In this document: positions 1 to 13,578 of the stretch, one piece after another
How positions within the stretch are numbered: position 1 is the first letter of the stretch
Layout: each line of letters opens with the position of its first letter
NCBI RefSeq assembly: GCF_006345805.1
Contig: NC_043006.1
Location: forward strand, 55,428,001-55,492,000
Source of the DNA: Octopus sinensis
Lineage: Eukaryota
DNA: 64,000 nucleotides
Direction: 5' to 3'
The notes under the pieces: model-generated
What the model was told of the DNA's origin: nothing
What the model saw: the letters and a program-made list of their open reading frames with translations, nothing else
Databases searched by the model: none
Program-made: the position numbers and the translations under genes

Positions 1-325
1 AGTTGATCTTGATTTATGAAAACTGGTGACTTATGAGTGGGGAAGAGAGAAAGATAAATGTTTAATGAGTTGGAAAAAGTTGTTAATGGTTGTTTTCATT
101 AGCTATGAAATATTGGAAGCCAGTGCAAATAGAATGATAGTCGGCAAGATCGGAAGGGCAATAGACAGGCTTAAGATGTATGAAGGAATGAGAGTTCTTT
201 GTTGGAAGTAGTAATGAGTGGTAGTATAGAAGAGAAAGGTTAGAGAAATAAATTTATAAAACTCTTAATTGTATTGCTGATAAACGTTTATATTGCTGGT
301 GTATAATTAAGTGAAACAGTATAGT

Positions 326-470
326 TCATGTAATCTCTTTGTGTTCTTTCGACTTCAATTTCCATATATTATCAAAGGAAATATAGAGATATTAATTCCC
401 CTGATATTGTGGCGAAGGTTATAGGCCTCTACTTGTAAGCTAAGTGATTAAACCTTAAATTAAATGGATT
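326..470 (-). mobile_element. Highly decayed Penelope GIY-YIG remnant
   Basis: The minus strand at 326-366 reads IWKLKSKEHKEIT*, resembling the PLE endonuclease tail motif (S..IW.LK......I.W). Little else is recognisable. Confidence 0.3.
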
Positions 471-730
471 AGTTATTAGAACAATACATGATTTAGAGGT
501 GGTATTACTTTGTTTTTTTTTTTACAGTAGTATAATAAACCATTAAAAAAATTGAATTGCGGTCCTAAGGACAATTATCAGGGGTAGAATACAATTTAAA
601 GTTAGAATTTCGTGTTAAATTTAGATTGATTAACGTAGGTTAAGCTGTGCTATGTAGCGTGTTGTGTTGTATGAAATTATACGGTAAATTTCTTTAAAAG
701 TCAATCAGATCCATCGCCAGGGAAATGGGA

Positions 731-757
731 GTGTCTGAGTTTCTCATCAGGCAGTTA
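731..757 (-). pseudogene. Hammerhead relic with stem II deleted
   Basis: The minus strand reads AACTGC-CTGATGA-GAAACTCAGA, matching the HHR at 50873-50905 (AACTGT-CTGATGA-acggcaacga-GAAACTCAGA) without the stem II segment. Confidence 0.5.
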
Positions 758-935
758 GAGCATAAAGACATTTTGTATTTCTCATACAAGATGAGAAAAA
801 GGGCTAATTTTAATCCCAAGCCACCAAGGACAAGAGGAAACACCACACTACGAAGCTTTTTTGGAGGGAAATGTTTCAGTGATGGTTCAAAAACGACGTG
901 CTTCTAAATCACTTAAATCGATCTCAATATTTCCT

Positions 936-1075
936 TTATTTTATCTACCCAGCAAGGAATAAAGACAAAATTGGCCTTGGGGTGATTTGAACTCGGATTG
1001 TAAAGGTTCAGAATTGAATCTTACAAAGCATTTTTCTCGACGCTCTAACGATTCTGTCAAACCACTGCTCTTGCC
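936..1075 (-). mobile_element. Degenerate tRNA-derived SINE fragment (octopus-type)
   Basis: Contains ggtgatttgaactcgg (antisense B-box) and gcatttttctcgacgctctaacgattctg. Similar to the copies at 41960-42078 and 43524-43698. Confidence 0.6.
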
Positions 1076-1748
1076 AAACGTCAATATTGCTTCAAATATA
1101 ACTTTCAGTCAAGTAAAAAAACTGTTGACATCAAGTGTTTGCTTCCAACGTCTGATGTCAATAACATTTTCATTTCAAAAGTATTTTCCGATAACAATAT
1201 TCTACTTTGGAATCAACAGATTTGTAGCTTATTGTAGTAACAACCAATCGGTGTACTGAGCATCAAAGTTTGACGTCAAATGAAGAGTGCCAGATAACTA
1301 CTCAGAATTTTTTGTTTGGCGGTAAAATTTATTTATTTATGATTTTATATCAGAAAGGAACATGCCTATAGTTAACTTCAAAGTAAATCGTGAAATTCTT
1401 CGAAGTGGTTTATTAACATTTCATTTTTATATTTTCGTGCTTCCCCGAAATATTATTCTGTAATATTCAGCCTACATAGCAATGACATTAGTTATAGTAA
1501 TTCATGAAAGAAACAACAAAAAACTGCTTTGATAAGGATTCTATTTACCAAAATATGTTGTATCTTTTATATAATGATGTCTTGTATATATCTTGTATAC
1601 ATTAATGGTTGATAGGATATGGACCACTAACACCTCCAGCTGGTTGCTTGACGCCTTACCGATGTGGTCATAAGTGGTTCTACTCATATGGAAAAGAGGA
1701 AATGGAATTTCGGAATTTCTTGAAATTTAAAAAGTCTATTAAAGTACT

Positions 1749-2038
1749 GTTATAGTTGGGGACGGTCATATTTTTTGCCAAATAAATACACGCACTGTGT
1801 ATTCGTTCTTCACTTGTTTACTGTTGTTATTATTTTAACTCCATTACCTGGAAATCTTTCGTCACACATCTGTGACCTCTTCAGTGACTCTCTGAAAAGG
1901 TCTCTGATATGTGAAAAAAGATTTCCAGACAAGGGACATAAGACAAAATATGAACAACAATAAACAAGTGAAGAACGAATATATAGTGCGTGTGTTTATT
2001 TGACAAAAAACAAAAAAATGACCATCCCCAAGTATAAC
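1749..2038. mobile_element. MITE with about 85-bp terminal inverted repeats
   Basis: gttatagttggggacggtcat...gttcttcacttgtttactgttgtt at the left mirrors aacaacaataaacaagtgaagaac...atgaccatccccaagtataac at the right. No ORF; TA at both ends. Confidence 0.75.
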
Positions 2039-2309
2039 AATATCTGTTTCAACTCAGGAATCTTTCACATCAGGAATCTTGCAAAACAAACACATAAACT
2101 TCTATTCAAATAGTTAGACCAGATTGTGAGCTGGGATTCCAGGACTCCCTCACAGATACAACTTGTAGATGATACATGTTCAAACATTTTTGTCTAATCA
2201 ATCAATGATTATGTATGTTATGACTGTTTAAAGTAGTTTAACTCGAGTATGTATGGATGTACTGAATTGCGCTTATTCGGTTTGACAATATTAATGACTT
2301 TTGGTTATC

Positions 2310-3175
<866 letters not shown>

Positions 3176-3179
3176 AATG

Positions 3180-3855
3180 ACTAGAAAATCACTCGGAGAG
3201 CGCAAACCTCCGCCAAGCAACTCATTTCCACCCATATACACGCATGCTGAAAATCGCTCAATTTCCCAAATCAACCCCGGCAAAAACATAACCTCCTTGG
3301 CGGGGTTTAAAAAAAATAATACAGCCATATGATTTTTTAAAAATCATATGGCTGTATTATCAATTACAGGAATCATCAATAACATCAGTAAGCTAGTTTC
3401 ACAGCAGCGGTGGAGGGAGCAAAGCCTGAGATTTTTGAGTCGATCCCAATAGGCAAGGCTTGTCATGTTATCCTCCGCAGACCTCCGCCAAGCAGATCAT
3501 TTTAAGATAGATTTGCAAATAACATTACTAATAGAGAAACGAAAATAAACTTTGGAAACAGCAACGCCACCATAGGTTAAGTGGAAACGATGAACGAGTT
3601 TTCAAGAGAGATAATCAAAGAATGTAACATTGTAATACTTCATGTAAAGTAAATATAACAAAGGAAAAATCCTTCAAGAATCCATACAAATTAATGGATC
3701 ACTACTCAAATTTCATCATCTGCTCCTTGTGTCATTACCAACTTTTCCTGCAAGTTTCATCAAATACCGTTCACAACTATTTTAGTTATTTTGCACATAG
3801 ACGGACAGCCGGACAAACAACGCCGATGAAAACGTAACCTCCTTCCTTGGCGGAA

Positions 3856-3860
<5 letters not shown>
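3180..3860 (-). mobile_element. DINE-1/HINE-like non-autonomous Helentron material (two modules)
   Basis: Subterminal inverted motif CCTCCGCCAAG (3207, 3482) / CTTGGCGG (3296, 3846); aaaacataacctccttggcgg-type ends; a (GGAC/AGAC) microsatellite near 3800; ends in an AAT tract. Confidence 0.65.
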
Positions 3861-3898
<38 letters not shown>

Positions 3899-5017
3899 TA
3901 ATAATAATGATAATAATATTGATGTAACTCTTCATGAAGATAAATAGACAATAAGAAAAGTGCGATGCGATTTGTAATAAATTGTTTATTTAACGGTTTG
4001 AATGATATTTCGACAGATCGTCAGTTTTCTTCAAGTTCAAAATGTAAAATGAAAACAACTGCAGGAATTCAAAATGTAAACGAGGAAGTCCTGCGTTCCT
4101 ATTTCGATACAACAACATTATTAGTTTTCAATTTTGTAACTGGTAAACAGAAAAAGAAAGAAAAAAGGAAAACGAAAAAAAGAAAAGAAAAAAGAATGAA
4201 TGCCTGGTCGAAAAGTTTTGTGTAAATGTGATGAAATTCACCTCTCATTTTATTCACGGAAGAAATATTTCATATTTTACTTCTACTTACATGTTATTAA
4301 ATCACTATTAGTTCTGAAATACATGCATATTTTCCAAATAAGGATTTTAGTTGGATTTCAAGTGTACATTAATTAACCTAGTCTAACAACAGCAGATTTA
4401 CTGTAGTTCGAATTTAACAATCTCGAAATAAACATCATTCCTCTTTATTTTTTTATTACCACTTTATTTCTTCTTTCTCTTGATTCCGATTAATCAATCC
4501 ATTTATCTTATATGATATCATTCTATCTTCATTAAAAGTCGTTTGGTGAATGCATTCTGATCTAATTAAGGTTTACTTTAGTACTATTATATAAAAAAAG
4601 CTATTCCCTTAAATTCTATGAGGTAATTCAAAGTGTAAATGATGCCAAAACTATAGCCATATCGTATTTCAAAGCGATCTCTACTATCATATATGCTAAG
4701 ACTTTATGATTCCTCTTCTAGAATATTCTTTAAAAAGGATTACCTAACATTGAATTCCGCTTCACTCACTCGAATGGTTAAAACCTTGAACAAAGTTGCA
4801 TAGCAATGTTTAATCTGGATGAATTTGTAGCAAGACTGAAGCAACTAAATGCACATGAATGCTACATCAAAAGACATTATGTCACTTATGTTGCAGAAAC
4901 ACGTGTTGCATTGGAATCTAGTGTAAAGAATTTAATGAGAATGATACTGTAATAAACAAGTTTTGAAGATGCATATTTCTCCATTCTTCTTTATGTCGTC
5001 TTGATTTGATATGTATA

Positions 5018-5050
<33 letters not shown>

Positions 5051-5156
5051 GCATGCATGCATACATACATACATACATACATACATACATACATACATAC
5101 ATACATACATAGATACATACATACATACATACATACATACATGCATGCATACATAC
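5018..5156 (+). repeat. (TACA)n microsatellite
   Basis: Direct observation. Confidence 0.97.
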
Positions 5157-5160
5157 AACG

Positions 5161-5775
5161 TTGCAGGATGTGTATGGAGAGGAGTGTATGAGCCGCACAC
5201 AATTGTACGAGTGGTTCAGATGTTTCCAAGATGGCCGAAAAATGCTGATAGTGGCGAGCGTCCTAAGAGACCTGCAACCAGCAGAACTGAGAAAAACATT
5301 ACAGATGTGCGTGCAGCTGTGAGGGGAAATCGTAAAATCACTACTCGTAAGTTATCAGATGTGCAGATTAGTGACGGTTCAGTTCAGTCCATTATCACTG
5401 AAGATTTGGGTATGCACGCATGTCTGCCAAGTTTATGCCAAAACTGCTTTCAGCTGACCAATAAAACACTCGGGTCCCAGTTGACTGTGTCGAGAACGCT
5501 GAAAACTTTCTGAAAACTTTGCGTAGGCCTCTGAGCAGGTATCACCAAGCTTTTGGCAAAATTTGATGCAGATTCTCTGCTCAGCTTCCTCTGTCATGGT
5601 CAATACAACGATCACACGTTACATACGTTCCTTCCAAGCACTGCTGTAAACAGCGGGAGTGAGCTAGAAAGTTAATGCGCATGCACAGCACCATTCAAAG
5701 TCAATCTGTATCAAGCGGCATACTCTGCATGCTTTAACTTCGTTACTATGCCAACAGTCCGGCCAGGACCACGTA
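5161..5775. mobile_element. Rearranged mariner 5' half (HTH region) with an internal inversion
   Basis: Minus strand 5510-5615 reads EQRICIKFCQKLGDTCSEAYAK. Plus strand from 5161 reads LQDVYGEECMSRTQLYEWFRCFQDGR...ENFLKT. TA-flanked end tatacgtggtcc at about 5777. Confidence 0.85.
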
Positions 5776-5824
5776 TATTCTCGACTACGATTTCCAGTAA
5801 ATATTGGTGCATTGTTGTACCACT

Positions 5825-5884
<60 letters not shown>

Positions 5885-6066
5885 TCGGTTCAATTTCCAC
5901 TCATTTACTATTATCATTATTTCTTTTTCTAAAACTTTCGTTGCTTCTTGCAACCTCTTCGATAGGTGTTAACTCTGTCCGTTTCTGGAGGTGCTTTCTT
6001 TTTGCTTGTTTGTTTGTGCGCATGAATGCGCATCCACATGCATGTGTATACACATATGTATGCATA

Positions 6067-6103
<37 letters not shown>

Positions 6104-6424
6104 ATGTATGTCTGTATGTATGTACGCATGTATGTAAGCGTGTATGTGTATGCATATATATATATGTATGTATTCTGCATATTCATGTGTTTGTATGTGC
6201 ATGTATGTGTGCATGTTTGTCTGTTTGTATGAGTGAGTGTGTGTGTGCGCGCGCGCTCTTGTGTTTGTACCTCGGTCTCGTTGTGTGTGCGTGCTTGAGT
6301 GTGTCTATGTTTAGGGGTTTGTGTGACTATGTACATGCGTCTGTTATGAATGTGTGTGTGTGTGTATGGTTACGTTTCCGTCTCCTTTTGTGTATGTATG
6401 TGTGCTTGTCTGTCCGTATTACCA

Positions 6425-6516
<92 letters not shown>

Positions 6517-6535
6517 GTCTGTCTATCTATCTATG
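6425..6535 (+). repeat. (TCTA)n microsatellite
   Basis: Direct observation. Confidence 0.97.
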
Positions 6536-6747
6536 TACTTGTCTATCTGCTTAAATAAATAAATAACAATAAATAAGTGGAAGTTGAACCAGTGAGTGTC
6601 TTAATTGATAAGGTATTAAAAGAGAATGAAACTTCCCAGACAACAAAATATGTTTCAACACACGAATTCGCATAAAGAATGTTGCAAACCAAATACAAAA
6701 ACGAAATATATATATACTATATACATATATATATAAATATAATGTAC

Positions 6748-6826
<79 letters not shown>

Positions 6827-6894
6827 ATATGTATGAATGTATGTGAGTGCGTTTGTGCTTATCAAAAGATACAATAAGTACGTGGCTTTAAAAA

Positions 6895-6990
6895 CTAATT
6901 ACAGGTCAATTCGTTCTACTAAAACCCTTCAAGGCGGTGCACCAGCATGCTACAGTGAAAAGACTGAAACAAGTAACAGATAAAAGATAA
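6895..6990 (+). mobile_element. SINE 3' tail fragment
   Basis: aaggcggtgcaccagcatgctacagtgaaaagactgaaacaagtaa matches the reverse complement of the tail of the SINE at 24567-24962. Confidence 0.7.
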
Positions 6991-9028
6991 CACGTATAAA
7001 TCTATTTTGAAAATCCACTTCGCTAACATTAATATCAAAAGAGTAATAATACTGACTACAGTTAGTTACTGAACCTGGAATATATAGGTTACTTACGTAA
7101 AAACAATCAAACAAAAAAAAAAGCAAAAATAAAAAAAAGAACCCTCTCCCTCAAAAAACAAAGTAAAAGCATTAACTTTAAATAATACCATTGCATACAT
7201 GGTAGCAGCTTTGGTTATCTTGCTAGAGAAAGAATAGTTAAAAAAAGGCAATTGTTTTTTTCGTATTGCTTTTTTTTTCCAAAAAGCAGCTTCGTGATCT
7301 ACGGCATGACGGCTTATAAAGGAATTAAGGTACAATAATAAGAACAATAAAACGCAATACTAACATCAACCAATATAATTTTATATTTTTCATCTCACTA
7401 TTACCTAATCAATTACCATGAAGTAATTCTATGTTTTCCTGATATAAGGAATAAGTTCGAATAAGTTCACAATAAGTTCGAAATATGTACAAATTTGTTT
7501 CCTATACAGGCAATATATACATACATGCATACATCCATCCCTCCATCCATTTACATACACACACAGTACATAATACAAATATACATACATACATACATAC
7601 ATACATACATACATAACAACAAATGGATAATGTGTCAATTCACTACAGCTGTTTCCAACGAATTTTTGATTGATTAATGGAGACATTTCATCATTAGAAT
7701 GAACCGTTCAGAAGCATTTGAAAGCTAGCGGGATGTGCATCTTCATGATTCTATGTCCCTCACTGGTCATAGAATGAATTTGCTAATTCACTTTGGTAGT
7801 ATCATAGGAGAAAACGCGAAATCATGTCTGGTAACGTAAATAGCGATGAAGGAGTTTAGAGGATGGGGTAGGGAGGAGTCAGCGAAGAATCTAGCCCCTA
7901 CAACTAAGATAGAGTTAGTTTTTTTTTAATCTTTTAATTCTATTGAAAAAGCGGTTTTAGGGCTAAAATTAACACATTATCCATCTATTGTTATTTATTC
8001 GTTATGATTCACCTCCCTCAGAACCTGTTCCTTGCGTAGATCCGTAGTATATTATGGACCGTATATTTAGTACAATGTGTGTTTCTTGGTTAGCCTCGGT
8101 GCTATTCATATACTCAGCTGGGTACAGTTAATCGTATATATAATCTGAATATTTTTCTGCCTGCATATACGTTCCTCTATTTTTGTTGTGTACACATTTT
8201 ACTTTTCGACCCGACCCGTTGTCACACCATTTAAGTGCCTGATTCACTTGAATTCTGATCTATTATACATACATACATACATACATACATACATACATAC
8301 ATACATACATACATACATACATACATGCATGCATGCAAGCATACATATATACATACATACATGCATACATAGATACATAATTACATACGTACATACATAC
8401 ATATTACATACATACATACATATTACATATGTGTGTTATTAGCGCTAGGAAAAGTACCAAATAGCATTCTGTACAACTTACTTAGCGTGGGTAAGCAGTA
8501 TTGCGATATTCGCCTGGAAACAGTAACTCGTTTTGCAGCTCATGCACACACACACACACACACACACATACACACACACACACACACACGTTGTTAGTAA
8601 TTGACCAATATTTTCCCCTCATCGTATAATTCATTGTATTTAACCATTTAATTCTCCTCGCATTCACTTCGTTAACATTAACTTAATTACTATTTGTGAT
8701 ACAGACGACATTTTGAATTATTTCTTCTTTACTCCATTCTATTTTTCTTCGTCAGCCAATTGACTTAGTGATTCTCTAATCAAAACTTCATTAAGAACAT
8801 TGAAGGCTTCGCGGATGATGTCATTATAAGACAGAAATATATTCTAATTTTTTCCTGTACTTACCTAAAATATTCACCATTGATTAATATCGCTTTCCCA
8901 CTATTATAATCAACTTTTTAAAGCTCTCTGTATTAAATATGTTAGCATTAACTTAACTATTTTCTTTTCACAAAGATGGCGTTTCTGAATTACTTATTGT
9001 CAAGTAATTATATATTTTATTGCCTAAT

Positions 9029-9114
<86 letters not shown>

Positions 9115-10419
9115 CGTTACGTACTGTTGTATATATAAATATATTTTTTGTGAGTAATACTTAAACGTTTGAAGCTACTGAATTTGATTCACTTTATAAA
9201 ATTTACTTTCAAAATCATTAGACACGAACTGGAGTCGTTCTGTTTACTTTTTGTATTTGAAAGTTTATTTTAGTGTCTACTTTGTCTCATAAAGCTCCAC
9301 AGTCCAAAGTAACAGTCAAAAGCTTCTAAATTATCCAATATTGTCTCTATTTTCTTGCTATAACGGTGTCCCTAGTTAGTTGTTGTTTATTTTTTTTATT
9401 AGCAAGTTCATTCTGCTGTCTTCTTTGTCTCACAGTGCTTAACTAATGTTTCAATATTCATAAATTCTGACAAATCGCTGTGCATCGCAACATTTGTAAG
9501 AGATTTCTTCATCATTAGAGTTACCCGAGCTTGATAAACTATTAAAAAAAAAACCACGATGAGAATACATATGAAAGTGATAAACTCCATCAAATAACTG
9601 ACCAGTGCAGTGACTTGCTGTCTCGTGCTCCAATACTTAACTCTAGGTAATTCCTCATAATATAGATGTTACACGTTGTGATTAAGCAAAACAAAAAAAA
9701 ACAAATCATTTGAAATTACAGGTTGAAATTTAAGAATGTCATTCAGGAGCTTTTGCAGTGAATATGAATAATAATGAATAATAAATTTTATCATGTACAT
9801 TTTTAGCTTTTGCACGGACTGTCAAATATATCGTAAATGCACAACTTTAGCGTAAACTAAACCTGCTGTTCCTTGAATATCTTTTGAAACTGTATGTAGC
9901 CTGCTTCTAAGAACATGTTCCCAAGTGTAAAAAAGCATATATTAGAGTAGCTTTGATACACGTACAACATTTGTGAAAATAGGTTGATCATTTATTGTAG
10001 AAAATAGCATAATGTAGAATAACAAGTGAACAATTGACTACATCATATTGTACGTATTAAAAATAATCAAATCTGCATAATATTTGGGGAGTGATAAATA
10101 TAATTTAGTTATATTCCTGTTATCTTGGCATTTTTATTTAAATCCTCATACCCTCATTAGCAACTTCCTTCATGCACATACTTCAATAATGTCTCCGTCA
10201 TTGCTGACTGCTCGGGTTCTCTGGTCACTATAATAATTTTTCTCATGGCTGTCTCTCTTCCACTATGGTTCTCCAATCCTCTCTAGCCTTGTCTTTCTGC
10301 CTACAGGTTCTCTCCTACTATTTTTAATTTACAATAAATTTTGACCGCCACCTACCTACTTGGTAGTAAGATTGTTTAGGAAAGCACCTTATTTTGTTCA
10401 TCTTTTAAATCATAAGGTC

Positions 10420-11560
10420 TTGCAGACATTTGTAGCGTATGAATTAAGGATCAGCTTTTTCCCCCAAGAACCCTAATTCAGCCATACTTTGCTTGACACG
10501 GGTTAGTATGTATCCTGTTGCTCCAATAGTAATAGGTATGCAGCTGAAAAATGTATCTTGGGCAATGGATTTGCAAACACCTTATCAATGATCCATTGAA
10601 GTCCTCTTTCTCTTGTAGTTTTATAACCATATTGGCGTCCAGTGGGAAGCTGATTTCCACAACAGAACATATTTTTTCCTTGTGGTCCCACTCAATAATA
10701 TCTCTCCGATTGTGTTTTACTTGGTGGCTGGTTTAATTTTTTTAAGTTCCACCAATATTCTTTTGATCCATCGGTCTCAATATAATTAATTTCGTCTGAA
10801 AGTGTTTTCTTTTTTGCTATCCTGTTCCAGACCGTTCTGGCCACTGCATCATGCATTCTCTCGCTGTTGTTAATAATGTGGCTGATGTTTTCGGTCCTGA
10901 TCTTGCACAGCCTACATTTGTTGTGTATAGGCGTTTTCTGCATTTTATGCTGTAGGTATGTGTGGGGATCTCTTGTTCTTGAATTGCATAGAGGTAACCT
11001 TAAAAGTGGAATGTCATAAACTTGTTGGTAACTCTATGCTAAGCTTTTGACATAATTAATCCCTTCTATAGTTTGAGCTTTTCGTGCCAAGTACCTAAGT
11101 ACTATCTTCTCAGTGAAGTGGTTCATTTTTCAAGATTTTGTTCTGATAAATAGATTCTACAAATGCTCCTTTAGGAGAGATCTGTATCTCAAGTTCATAC
11201 CTCTCCTGAAGTTCATTAGGTATCCTAATTATGTAATTCCTTTCATGATTACAAACTTAGGCAAGGTAGTTACCGCTCTATTTCTTCTGCTACAGATGTT
11301 GTTTCAGTGTCAGAATAAGTGCTTCTTACGATATCAACACTGATTTGAGACCACGATCACCATCCTTACATGGGAAGTATAGCCTGTCCACATCGCCATT
11401 AATATTAAAGCATAAATATTCAAACACTGAACAGCTTGCGAGTTCGAACATCTATCTCATTAGTGACCAGTTCAGAAGTCCAAACGTAGGTGTGATGACA
11501 AGCACTGCAAAGGTGTTGAGGGAAATTTGCTTGTTGTAAGCGAGAGTTCTGATGACCATA
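10420..11560 (-). mobile_element. Decayed R4/Dong-like LINE fragment (RT C-terminus, CCHC knuckle, REL)
   Basis: Reads IDVRTRKL...DVDRLY...GGRGL, then KCRLCK..ENISHII..RMHDAVA, then VEISFPLDAN...EKED; many stops and frameshifts. Confidence 0.8.
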
Positions 11561-12950
11561 TTCTGTTTTATATGTATGTATGATTTTTCCTTGAGTTTTA
11601 TTTAAGTTCTTGAGAGTTAACAAAGCGAGAAGAGTTTTTGAGTTAAGAAAGTTCTCGGTGTTGAGTTGGTGTGTTGAGTTGGTTGAACTGTCGAGGCATA
11701 CACCCAAGTGTGAACATCTATTCACGTAAAAATCTCAGATAGAGAATTTTTGGAGTGTTTCAAATCTTCATTCTGCCACTAATAAATTGGATTTGGAGAG
11801 TCCGTATAAGTTTCTTTTGCTCGTTCTCCGTGAAACTGAGTAGATTTAGGTTTTCATGCAAATTTGTTGGCACATGATCTAACGCATCTATGATGATAGG
11901 TACAAATGATAATTCATAATGAGGGTACAAGAGCTGTAAGATCCGCATTAAGTCGCCATAACTCTTCTCTTTTTCATGGACTTTTGATTGTACATTCGCA
12001 TCCGCTGGGCAGCTGACCCCTACAAAAGTGATGACTTTTGTTCCCTGTCCTACAGAACAACATCAGGTCGGCTATGTTTGCACCGAATTGCGGTGTCCCA
12101 TTAGTATTCCTTGTTTTAAAGGTGTGAATACCTGCAGATTCTGACACGCCTTTGATGAATACTTCAGAGCAGTCCTTCTTTCGGATAGCATTGTAAATAG
12201 TTGTTGCAACTGTATCATGCCTTAGTAGCAGGTAATATCTCGTAGACATTTTGGGGCAGCTGCTTGTTTGTTTGTTGAGCGAAACGGTATTCGTCTCAGA
12301 GCTCGCAAGATGGGAGAAGTCCGAAACGTGGTCCTTTGCTATTCGTAAGACACACACAAGAGAAAGCAGGTCAATCCCCGACACCGAGAGCATCGACGGA
12401 TAGATGAAAGCGCATCCAGGTTCAGCGGCTGCGTAGGAAGTCGGGGACAAGAAACAGGAAGAAAGAGTGAGAGAAAGTTGGGGCGAAAGAGTACAGCAGG
12501 GGTTGCCACCACTCCCTGTCGGAGCCTCGTGGAGCTTTAGGTGTTTTCGCTCAATAAACACACACAACACCCAGTCTGAGAATCGAAACCGCGATCTTCC
12601 GACGGCGAGTCCGCTGCCCTAACCACTGGGCCATTGCGCCTCCACTGGGGCAACTGCTGATGATGTGGGTGATATCTTCCACACTGGTATAGCAGAGCCA
12701 GCATGTTCTTTTATCATAACGTGGAGGTTTGGTGGTACATTTGTCCCTTTTCTTTATCAGGTATTTAGTAACTACCATCTGTTTCTGGGTTGCAAAGGCA
12801 TATCCTTTTAGGTGGGATGTAATGTATCTATCCCAGGTCCAGGAAAAGCAACTCTTCCGAGCAATACTGTTGTTGCCCTCTAGCTTACGGGGTATGTACC
12901 TATGCATTGCTTTTCTGCTGGTATGATACCTGTTTGTCCTCTAAGCTTCT
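11561..12950 (-). mobile_element. Second R4/Dong-like LINE 3' fragment, interrupted by a SINE
   Basis: Reads CWLCYTSVEDITHIISSCP|KMSTRYYLLLRHDTVA...RILQLLYPHYELSFVPIIIDALDHVP; putative 3' UTR at about 11561-11730. Confidence 0.8.
12265..12645 (-). mobile_element. Full-length tRNA-derived SINE with 13-bp target-site duplication
   Basis: Head ggaggcgcaatggcccagtggttagg (A-box) ... ggtttcgattc (B-box); (AAAC) tail; TSD TGGGGCA[G/A]CTGCT at 12252-12264 and 12646-12658. Confidence 0.9.
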
Positions 12951-13170
12951 GTTTAGTCAGTCCAGTCCAGCCGCCTTTAGGTCATATGAGACAGTTGCAT
13001 TCTTAGAGGACCTGCACAGTAGTTCTTCACCAACTCTGAAGATACTGCTCTCATTTTTGAGCATGCATATACCGTACTCATTTCTTAATGAGTACAATGT
13101 GTGTATTGTATGCATGCATGCATGCATGCATGTATGTATATATGCATGCAAGTACGAACGTATGTATGTA

Positions 13171-13384
13171 TTCTTTTATTCTTTTACTTATTTCAGTAAT
13201 TTGATTACGGCCATGCTGGGGCACCGCCTTTAGTCGAACAAATCGACCCCAGGACTTATTCTTTGTAAGCCTAGTACTTATTCTATCGGTATCGGTCTCT
13301 ATTCTCGAACCACAAAGTTACAAGGAGGTAAACATAAACATCGGTTGTCAAGTGATGGTGCTGGGGACAAACAAACACACAAAT

Positions 13385-13426
<42 letters not shown>

Positions 13427-13578
13427 GTATATATATACAACAGGCTTCTTTCAGTTTCCTCCTACCAAATCCATTCACAACAGTAGAAGACACTTGCTCA
13501 AGGTGCCACGCAGTGGGACTGAACCCAGAACCATGTGTTTTGGAAGCAAGCTTCTTACCACTCAACCACTCCTGCGCC
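13171..13578 (-). mobile_element. tRNA-derived SINE (octopus-type family)
   Basis: Head ggcgcaggagtggttgagtggtaag...gggttcagtccc; internal CA/TA microsatellite; homologous to 24567-24962. Confidence 0.9.

Noticed and set aside
4808-4952. 49-codon open stretch MFNLDEFVARLKQLNAHECYIK...
   Set aside because: No recognisable domain or convincing splice context; compatible with chance.
8440-8495. Possible micro-exon (GKVPNSILYNLLSV) before GTAAGC
   Set aside because: Too short, has no partner exon, and the peptide is unrecognised.
9408-9960. Possible two-exon minus-strand gene end (...DIQGTA|VYQARVTLMMKKSL...)
   Set aside because: One good acceptor but a weak donor and an ambiguous frame; no family recognised. 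It needs RNA-seq.
12275-12340. GAAAC-GTG-GTC hammerhead-like half inside the SINE
   Set aside because: No CUGANGA-like core or stem I, and it is antisense to the SINE.
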